NCBI GenBank assembly: GCA_963695385.1
Contig: OY968780.1
Coordinates: 163,645-227,644 of the forward strand
DNA: 64,000 nt
Origin: an uncultured Coriobacteriia bacterium
GTDB lineage: Bacteria; Actinomycetota; Coriobacteriia; Anaerosomatales; PALSA-660
Reading direction: 5' to 3'
Shown in pieces: positions 57,426 through 64,000 of the stretch. The position numbers were made by a program, and so were the translations under genes. Each line of letters begins with the position of its first letter. The stretch's first letter is position 1. The notes under the pieces were generated by a model. The model ran no database searches. It was not told the origin of the DNA and saw only the letters and a list, made by a program, of their open reading frames with translations.

Positions 57426-58937
57426 ATGCCGGCGACATTCATACAGCCCGAGTTCAAGGTCGACATCGACTACGACCGCTGTCACAAGTGCGGCCGCTGC
57501 GTTCAGCAGTGCGGATGGGGCGTCTACAGCTTCAACGAGCGCCCAATTCCGGATGACAGCAAGTGCCGTGCGTGCCACCGGTGCGTGACGTACTGTCCGG
57601 CGCACGCCATCACCATCAAGAAGAACGAGCTGGCCTTCCGCGACTCGGAGAACTGGCCGCCTCACCTGCGCAAGGCCGTCTGGCGCCAAGCTGAGTCCGG
57701 CGGGGTCATCCTGACGTCCATGGGTAACGACAAGCCCTACACGAGGCTGTTCGACCACCTAGTGCTCGATGCCTGCCAGGTGACCAATCCCTCCATCGAC
57801 CCCCTGAGGGAGCCGATGGAACTGCGCACCTACCTCGGCAGGAAGCCCGACAGCGTTTCCGTGGAGCCCGACGGCGAGGGCGGATTCCGTCTGGCCGCCG
57901 GAGCGGGACTGCAGAAGAACATCATGCTGGCCACTCCGCTCGTGTTCGGCGGGATGAGCTACGGCTCCGTCTCCCTTAACGTGCACAAGTCACTGGCGAT
58001 GGCCGCCGAGCGTCTCGGCATCCTCATGAACACTGGCGAAGGCGGCCTTCACGCCGACCTCTTCCCCTTCACCGACAACGTGATCGTCCAGTGCGCGTCG
58101 GGCAGGTTCGGGGTCGATGCGGAGTACCTCAACCGAGGCGTCGCCATCGAGATCAAGGTCGGTCAGGGCGCCAAGCCCGGCATCGGCGGGCACCTCCCTG
58201 GTGAGAAGATCAGCCGCGAGGTCTCGACGACGCGCATGATCCCGCAGGGCTCGGACGCTCTCTCGCCCGCGCCGCACCACGACATCTACTCGATCGAGGA
58301 CCTTCGGCAACTCATCTACGCGCTGAAGGAGGCGTCGGGATACAAGCCTGTGGGCGTCAAGATCGCCGCCGTGCACAACGTGGCCGCTATCGCGTCGGGC
58401 ATCGTGCGCGCCGGCGCGGACTACGTCTACCTCGACGGTTTCAAAGGCGGCACGGGCGCCGCGCCGGCGGTCATCCGGGACCACATCGGGATCCCGATCG
58501 AGCTGGCCATCGCCGCGGTGGACCAGCGGCTGCGCGACGAGGGCATCCGCAACCAGGCTTCCATCGTCGCCGCGGGCTCGATCCGCTCGGCCGCCGACAT
58601 GGCCAAGGCGATCGCCCTGGGAGCCGACGTCGTGGCCATAGGGACCGCCGCGCTGATCGCTCTGGGCTGTCACGTGTGCCAGAGCTGTCACACGGGGTGC
58701 TGCTCCTGGGGGCTCACGACCCAGAAGCCGGAACTCACGCGCCGCCTCGATCCCGAATGGGGCGCAGAGCGGCTGGTCAACCTGGTCCAGGCATGGAGCC
58801 ACGAGCTGCAGGAGATCCTGGGAGCCCTCGGAGTCAACTCCGTGGAGTCGCTCCGCGGCTCGCGCGAGAGGCTGCGGGCGATCGGCCTGGACGAACAGAC
58901 ATGCAAGATCCTGGGCGTCAAGCCGGCCGGGATGTGA
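57426..58937 (+). CDS. glutamate synthase FMN-binding (central domain) subunit with N-terminal 2x[4Fe-4S] ferredoxin domain
   Basis: CHKCGRCVQQCGW and CRACHRCVTYCP clusters, then the glutamate synthase central-domain signature (GEGG, KVGQGAKPGIGGHLPG). Confidence 0.85.
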   Translation: MPATFIQPEFKVDIDYDRCHKCGRCVQQCGWGVYSFNERPIPDDSKCRACHRCVTYCPAHAITIKKNELAFRDSENWPPHLRKAVWRQAESGGVILTSMGNDKPYTRLFDHLVLDACQVTNPSIDPLREPMELRTYLGRKPDSVSVEPDGEGGFRLAAGAGLQKNIMLATPLVFGGMSYGSVSLNVHKSLAMAAERLGILMNTGEGGLHADLFPFTDNVIVQCASGRFGVDAEYLNRGVAIEIKVGQGAKPGIGGHLPGEKISREVSTTRMIPQGSDALSPAPHHDIYSIEDLRQLIYALKEASGYKPVGVKIAAVHNVAAIASGIVRAGADYVYLDGFKGGTGAAPAVIRDHIGIPIELAIAAVDQRLRDEGIRNQASIVAAGSIRSAADMAKAIALGADVVAIGTAALIALGCHVCQSCHTGCCSWGLTTQKPELTRRLDPEWGAERLVNLVQAWSHELQEILGALGVNSVESLRGSRERLRAIGLDEQTCKILGVKPAGM

Positions 58938-58951
58938 CAGGAGGATCCGCC

Positions 58952-59770
58952 ATGCGAGCCGCAACCGCTTCAGGTCCGATCGAGGGGTACCTGGAGACCG
59001 CGCCCACGATCCGCCTCGACGGCAAGACCGCGACGATCGACGCCGCGGGCGTGTACTACCGCAATCTGAACGAGGCCATCCGCAAGTCGTTCGACGAGGG
59101 CGCGGAGTCCGTGGTGCTCGAACACGTCAACGGACAGCGCTACATCGGCACCGGGATCCGCGGCGCGGAGAAGCGCATCGAGATCCACGGCACGCCCGGT
59201 AACGACCTCGCGATGTTCATGGACGGGCCGACGGTGGAAGTCCACGGCAACGCGCAGGACGGCGTCGGAAACACGATGAACGCCGGAACCGTGGTCGTGC
59301 ACGGCGATGCGGGGGACGTACTCTGCTACGGAATGCGCGGGGGCAAGCTGTTCGTTCGAGGCGACGTCGGGTACCGGGTCGGCATACACATGAAGGCGTA
59401 CGAGGACCGCATGCCGATCGTCGTGTGCGGAGGCAAGGCGCGCGACTTCCTCGGTGAGTACATGGCCGGCGGGCTCCTGGTGCTGCTCGGGATGCACACC
59501 CAGTTCCCCGACCAGCCCCTCGTGGGCGCCTACTGCGGGACCGGCATGCACGGGGGCACGATATTCCTGCGTGGCAGCGTCGAGCCGTGGCAGGTGGGCA
59601 AGGAGTGCGGCATCTTCGAAGCCGACGAGCAGGACATGGCGCGCGTGGCGCCCGTCATCCAGGAGTGGTGCGACCACTTCGGCGCGTCCGCCGAGGAGGT
59701 GATGTCGGTCCCGATGACCAAATTGGTGCCGGTGTCACACCGCCCCTACGGCAAGCTCTACGCCCCGTAG
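58952..59770 (+). CDS. glutamate synthase C-terminal (GXGXG) domain subunit
   Basis: Repeated G.G...G beta-helix motifs (HGTPGNDLAMFMDGPTVEVHGNAQDGVGNTMNAGTVVVHGDAGD...). Confidence 0.8.
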   Translation: MRAATASGPIEGYLETAPTIRLDGKTATIDAAGVYYRNLNEAIRKSFDEGAESVVLEHVNGQRYIGTGIRGAEKRIEIHGTPGNDLAMFMDGPTVEVHGNAQDGVGNTMNAGTVVVHGDAGDVLCYGMRGGKLFVRGDVGYRVGIHMKAYEDRMPIVVCGGKARDFLGEYMAGGLLVLLGMHTQFPDQPLVGAYCGTGMHGGTIFLRGSVEPWQVGKECGIFEADEQDMARVAPVIQEWCDHFGASAEEVMSVPMTKLVPVSHRPYGKLYAP

Positions 59771-59902
59771 GACTCTCCGAGTTCTAGTTTCGCTCGATTT
59801 CTTGGTTTCAAACAGGAGGGAGGATACGTCCGTTCTGGTATGTTTCGTACATGTTTCTACCAGGCTACGCTTTCGTTACCGGCACACAGATGAGGGGAGA
59901 CC

Positions 59903-61492
59903 ATGAATCTTCAGCAACCCAACTCCAACGACGCAACGCGCACGACCAACAGGTCGCGCAGCGTCACTCCATGCTCCGGGATCTGCACCAGGTGTCTCGA
60001 TACGTGCCGCGGCAACTGCGAGGTATTCAAGTCCTCGTTCCGCGGCCGCGAGGTCATCTACCCCGGCCCCTTCGGTGATCTGACCGCGGGCGGCGACAAG
60101 AACTACCCGATCGACTACTCGCACCTGAACATCCTGGGCTACGCGCTGGGCGCCAAGGGGTTGCCCGAGGGCGTCGTCGGGAGTCCCGACAACACGCTGT
60201 TCCCGCTGGTGGACACGGAGACCTCGTTCGGGCACACCAACAAGGTCAAGATGCGCGTACCGGTCTTCACCGGCGCGCTGGGCTCGACCGAGATCGCCCG
60301 CAAGCACTGGGAGGGTCTCGCCACCGGCGCGGCGATCTCCGGCATCACGCTCGTCTGCGGCGAGAACGTCTGCGGGATCGATCCGGGTCTCGAGCGCGAC
60401 AGCAACGGCAAGGTCACGCACTCGCCGGACATGAAGCGCCGCGTCGAGCAGTATCGCCGCTTCCACGAGGGCTACGGCGACATCCTCGTCCAGATGAACG
60501 TCGAGGACACGCGCCTGGGCGTGGCCGAATACGTCGTCGGCACGCTGGGCGTCGAGACTGTGGAACTGAAGTGGGGCCAGGGCGCCAAGTGCATCGGCGG
60601 CGAGATCAAGGTCGACTCGCTCGAGCGCGCACTCGACCTCCAGGCTCGCGGCTATCTCGTGACGCCGGACCCGTCCGACCCGTCCGTCCAGGCCGCCTAC
60701 CGTGACGGGGCCATCAAGCAGTTCGAGCGCCACAGCAGGCTCGGATTCGTGGACGAGCAGAGCTTCTACGCGGAGGTCCAGCGCCTTCGCGACCTCGGCG
60801 CCAAGCGCGTGACGCTCAAGACCGGAGCCTACCCGATGCGCGAGCTGGCCATGGCGATCAAGTGGTCGAGCAACGCCAAGATCGACCTGCTGACCATCGA
60901 CGGCGCCCCGGGCGGAACGGGCATGAGCCCCTGGCGCATGATGGAGGAGTGGGGCGTCCCCACCTTCTATCTGCAGTGCATGACCAACGAGCTTGTCGGG
61001 CGTCTGCGCGCGAAGGGCGCCTACATCCCCGACATCGCCATCGCCGGCGGCTTCTCGTCCGAGGACCACGTCTTCAAGGCGCTCGCTATGGGCGCGCCCC
61101 ACACCAAGGCGGTGTGCATGGGCCGCGCGCTGATGATCCCGGGCTTCGTCGGCAACAACATCGGCAAGTGGATCGCCGACAACGACCTGCCCAAGACGGT
61201 CAGCGAGTTCGGCACCACAAAGGAGGAGATCTTCGTCAGCTACGAGACGCTGAGGGAGAAGTACGGCAAGGACCTGGACTCCATGCCTCTGGGCGCCATC
61301 GGCCTCTACACGTTCGTGGACAAGCTCAAGGTCGGCCTCCAGCAGCTGATGTGCGGCAGCCGCAACATGAGGGTCGACACCATCAGCCGCGACGACATCA
61401 TGTGCCTGACGCCTGAGGCAGCGCAGCTGTCGGGCATCCCTTACGTGATGGACGCCTACCGCGAAGAGGCGCTGAAGATCATAGACGCGTAG
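59903..61492 (+). CDS. second FMN-binding glutamate-synthase-family (GltB central-domain) paralog with N-terminal Cys cluster
   Basis: Glu_synthase-domain motifs (KWGQGAKCIGGEIKV, DGAPGGTGMSP). An N-terminal CSGICTRCLDTCRGNCE cluster. RBS GAGGGGAGA. Confidence 0.75.
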   Translation: MNLQQPNSNDATRTTNRSRSVTPCSGICTRCLDTCRGNCEVFKSSFRGREVIYPGPFGDLTAGGDKNYPIDYSHLNILGYALGAKGLPEGVVGSPDNTLFPLVDTETSFGHTNKVKMRVPVFTGALGSTEIARKHWEGLATGAAISGITLVCGENVCGIDPGLERDSNGKVTHSPDMKRRVEQYRRFHEGYGDILVQMNVEDTRLGVAEYVVGTLGVETVELKWGQGAKCIGGEIKVDSLERALDLQARGYLVTPDPSDPSVQAAYRDGAIKQFERHSRLGFVDEQSFYAEVQRLRDLGAKRVTLKTGAYPMRELAMAIKWSSNAKIDLLTIDGAPGGTGMSPWRMMEEWGVPTFYLQCMTNELVGRLRAKGAYIPDIAIAGGFSSEDHVFKALAMGAPHTKAVCMGRALMIPGFVGNNIGKWIADNDLPKTVSEFGTTKEEIFVSYETLREKYGKDLDSMPLGAIGLYTFVDKLKVGLQQLMCGSRNMRVDTISRDDIMCLTPEAAQLSGIPYVMDAYREEALKIIDA

Positions 61493-61518
61493 TCTTCGAG
61501 CTCCCGACTCAGTAGTCA

Positions 61519-61552
61519 CGGAAGGGCCGTCCCTCCGGGGGCGGCCCTTCCG
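61519..61552 (+). terminator. stem-loop CGGAAGGGCCG-(12 nt)-CGGCCCTTCCG followed by TCGTTCGCGG
   Basis: Perfect 11-bp stem, 27 nt after the stop at 61492. Confidence 0.5.
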
Positions 61553-61571
61553 TCGTTCGCGGCCAGGCCCC

Positions 61572-61587
61572 TTAACGCGTCCGAAAC
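61572..61587 (+). promoter_or_regulatory. GlnR-box-like motif TTAAC-n6-GAAAC just upstream of a TATACT -10 (61598-61603) of glnA
   Basis: It matches the actinobacterial GlnR half-site pair gTnAC-n6-GaAAC. Its position overlaps the expected -35 of the glnA promoter. Confidence 0.35.
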
Positions 61588-61678
61588 ATCGGATGGATAT
61601 ACTCCTCGCGGTAGATGAAAGTGAACAGCGCGGCGATCCCTTGCGGGACCGCCGCTTCCGAGAGGGAGGCGCATCTGT

Positions 61679-63019
61679 ATGGCAGCGGCCAAGTTCGACA
61701 AGAACTATGTGCTGAAGACGGTCGAGGAGCGGGGGGTGCGATTCGTCCGATTCTGGTTCACGGATGTGCTGGGCTTCCTGAAATCATTCTCGGTGACGGA
61801 CACGGAACTCGAAGGAGCCTTCGACGAGGGCATGGGATTCGACGGTTCCTCGATCGACGGCTTCACTCGCATACAGGAATCCGACATGGTCGCATCGCCC
61901 ATCGCCGAATCGTTCCAGATCCTGCCCTGGCGTCCGGGCGAGGACGGAGTGGCGCGCATGTTCTGCGACGTCATGAACCCCGACGGAACGCCCTTCGACG
62001 GGGACCCGCGCTACGCGCTCAAGCGAGTGCTCGACCGGGCCGGCGCGATGGGCTACACGATGTACGTTGGACCCGAACTCGAGTTCTTCTACTTCGCGGA
62101 CAGCGAGTCGACCGAGATCCTGGACAAGGGCGGCTACTTCGACCTGACTCCCCTGGATGTAGCTTCCGACCTGCGCCGCGACACGGTCCTCACGCTTGAG
62201 AAGATGGGCATCCCGGTGGAGTACTCGCACCACGAGGTGGCTCCGTCGCAGCACGAGATCGACCTTCGCTATTGTGACGCGCTCGCGATGGCGGACAACG
62301 TGATGACCTACCGTCTTGTCGTCAAGGAGATCGCCTACACGAACGGTGTCTACGCCACGTTCATGCCCAAGCCGATACAGGGCGTGAACGGCTCGGGCAT
62401 GCACGTGCACCAGTCGCTGTTCAGCAAGGACGGGAACGCCTTCTTCGACCCGAACGATCCCGAGGGCTTCCACCTGTCCAAGCTCGCGAAGCACTACATC
62501 GCCGGTCTGCTGAAGTACGCGCCGGAGTTCTGCGCGGTGACCAACCAGTGGGTCAACTCGTACAAGCGTCTCGTCCCGGGCTATGAGGCCCCGGTCTACG
62601 TCTCGTGGGCCCGTCGCAACCGCTCGGCCATGGTCCGCGTGCCGATGTACAAGCCGGGCAAGGAGAACGCCACCCGCATAGAGCTGCGTTCCCCCGACCC
62701 GTCGGCCAACCCCTATCTGGCGTTCGCAGTCATGCTGGGCGCGGGGCTCAAGGGCATCGAGGATGAGCTGCCGTTGATGCCGGAGTCCTCCAACAATATC
62801 TTCCACATGTCCGAGACCGAGCTCGCCGAGGCCGGCATCGCCACACTGCCGAAGGACCTCGGCGAGGCGATCGTCCTCTTCGAGAACTCGGAGTTGATGA
62901 AGGAGATCCTGGGAGAGCACATCCACACCTTCTTCGTCGAGAACAAGAAGGCGGAGTGGAGCGAGTACATGGCGATGGTCTCGCCGTGGGAGCAGGACAA
63001 GTACCTCTCCGTCCTCTGA
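61679..63019 (+). CDS. glnA: glutamine synthetase type I (446 aa, GSI-alpha-like)
   Basis: GS signature regions (DGSSIDGF, MPKPIQGVNGSGMHVHQSL, NPYLAFAVML). RBS GAGAGGGAGG. Confidence 0.9.
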   Translation: MAAAKFDKNYVLKTVEERGVRFVRFWFTDVLGFLKSFSVTDTELEGAFDEGMGFDGSSIDGFTRIQESDMVASPIAESFQILPWRPGEDGVARMFCDVMNPDGTPFDGDPRYALKRVLDRAGAMGYTMYVGPELEFFYFADSESTEILDKGGYFDLTPLDVASDLRRDTVLTLEKMGIPVEYSHHEVAPSQHEIDLRYCDALAMADNVMTYRLVVKEIAYTNGVYATFMPKPIQGVNGSGMHVHQSLFSKDGNAFFDPNDPEGFHLSKLAKHYIAGLLKYAPEFCAVTNQWVNSYKRLVPGYEAPVYVSWARRNRSAMVRVPMYKPGKENATRIELRSPDPSANPYLAFAVMLGAGLKGIEDELPLMPESSNNIFHMSETELAEAGIATLPKDLGEAIVLFENSELMKEILGEHIHTFFVENKKAEWSEYMAMVSPWEQDKYLSVL

Positions 63020-63148
63020 CGGATGAGACATCGGCGGGGCCATGGCGGCCGCGCATGAACGACGGCAACGGCGCCGGACGAGCGGGACTCGTCCGGCGCC
63101 GTTGCCTGTACGACCTTGGCGCCGGATGCGCGAACGGAGGGTAGAATC

Positions 63149-63820
63149 GTGCACATGAGAAGGGCGCTGCTCGTCAGTGACGATATCCACACGCTCGCCT
63201 GGATCCGACAGGCGCTGATTCCACTCGACGTGTCGATGACCGAGGCGGGCGGGAACGAACTGCAGGCCAGATTGGCCGGGGGCGAGTTCGATCTGGCGGT
63301 CATCGATGCCGGCCGCGCACCGGAGGTGCAGGCCCAGGTGGTCGAGAACGCCGTCGCCGAGGGCGAGAGCGTCTCCTTGCTGCTCGTGATCGAGACGGAC
63401 GGGCTCGCCGGTCTGCGGCTCCCCGCCCGGCTGAACGCCGATTTCCTGGTGCGCGGCGCGACGTCGGAGGAGCTGGGCGCGCGCGTGCGCGCACTGGTGT
63501 GGCCGGGCGAGGAGGCTACCGGCCAGGAACTCGTGCGAGTGGGCAGTCTGACCGTGAACCTGGCCACGTACCAGGCCCACATCGACAACGAACCGATCGA
63601 CTTCACGTATCTCGAGTACGCTCTGTTCACGTTCCTGGTGACCCATCCGAACCGGGCGTACGGGCGCGAGGTGCTCCTCAGGCGCGTGTGGGGGACGGAC
63701 TATTACGGGGGGTCGCGAACCGTCGACGTGCATGTGAGGCGGATCCGCTCGAAGCTCGGACCTGAGCTTGCCGAGAGGCTGAGCACTGTGCGCCACGTCG
63801 GCTACATGTGGCGGGGGTAG
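63149..63820 (+). CDS. glnR: GlnR-type OmpR-family nitrogen regulator (atypical receiver + winged helix)
   Basis: C-terminus [27 protein letters not shown]...VRHVGYMW closely resembles actinobacterial GlnR ([27 protein letters not shown]). The start is uncertain (GTG 63149 with GGAGGG 7 nt upstream; ATG 63155 and TTG 63116 are alternatives). Confidence 0.7.
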   Translation: [223 protein letters not shown]

Positions 63821-63824
63821 GGCT

Positions 63825-64000
63825 TCACCCGCTCACGTGCGGCGTCTCCTTGACCGATCCGACGAAGCGGTAGCTCGATCCCTGAGTATGTTCGGAGTGC
63901 CCGGCCACGCCACGCTGGGACATGTACACCGCGAGGGCGTGGGGCTTGAAGAAGCTGGCCGGCTCTCCCACGAGCCGCTCGGCCAGCACAAGCAGGCGCA
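63825..64000 (-). CDS. 3' end of a convergent gene of unknown identity (C-terminus ...KPHALAVYMSQRGVAGHSEHTQGSSYRFVGSVKETPHVSG)
   Basis: The open frame on the minus strand reaches the window edge, with its stop at 63825-63827. Any link to glutamine-synthetase regulation (for example GlnE) is speculative. Confidence 0.35.
   Translation of the reverse strand, partial: RLLVLAERLVGEPASFFKPHALAVYMSQRGVAGHSEHTQGSSYRFVGSVKETPHVSG

Noticed and set aside
1-64000. CRISPR arrays, transposases, integrases or IS elements
   Set aside because: No short regularly spaced direct repeats and no recognisable recombinase ORFs were seen. The only tRNA (51732..51817) has no integrase nearby.

Overview
High-GC (about 70%) chromosomal window from a probable deep-branching actinobacterium (alternatively Chloroflexi). 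Supporting gene content: short-form HisG with HisZ, flotillin, PdtaS/PdtaR, an OmpR-type GlnR next to glnA, a TrpG-TrpD fusion, a T-box upstream of trpE, a three-subunit archaeal-type GOGAT, and a class I (DhnA-type) aldolase. The window is almost entirely core biosynthesis. Gene order: 3' end of carB; an ABC-2 exporter pair; a small lower-GC insertion (about 4.25-6.6 kb) carrying an SRA-HNH type IV restriction endonuclease and a two-gene module driven by a near-consensus promoter embedded in a perfect 36-bp palindrome; an ACT-domain gene; a complete his operon (hisZ-G-D-C-B-H-A-F-I-E) in which hisD carries an apparent frameshift; an envelope-related cluster (degenerate M48-like membrane protein, CE4 deacetylase lipoprotein, FG-GAP secreted protein, B12-binding radical SAM enzyme); a Trp T-box leader followed by trpE-trpGD-trpC-trpB2-trpF-trpB-trpA; a macro-domain protein, flotillin and nadE; an output-less Cache/HAMP sensor with a small partner ORF; a GNAT acetyltransferase; class I aldolase; accD-accA-pfk; a cupredoxin-like protein; metW-metX-metY (minus strand) with a long structured leader; livJHMGF; a HEAT-repeat protein; tRNA-Leu(CAA); pdtaS-pdtaR; then a nitrogen-assimilation block (HdrB/C-like Fe-S protein, split glutamate synthase, an extra GltB-domain paralog, glnA, glnR) with GlnR-box-like motifs. 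No CRISPR array and no transposase were seen. Gene starts were chosen by RBS and known N-terminal conservation, and several are approximate.
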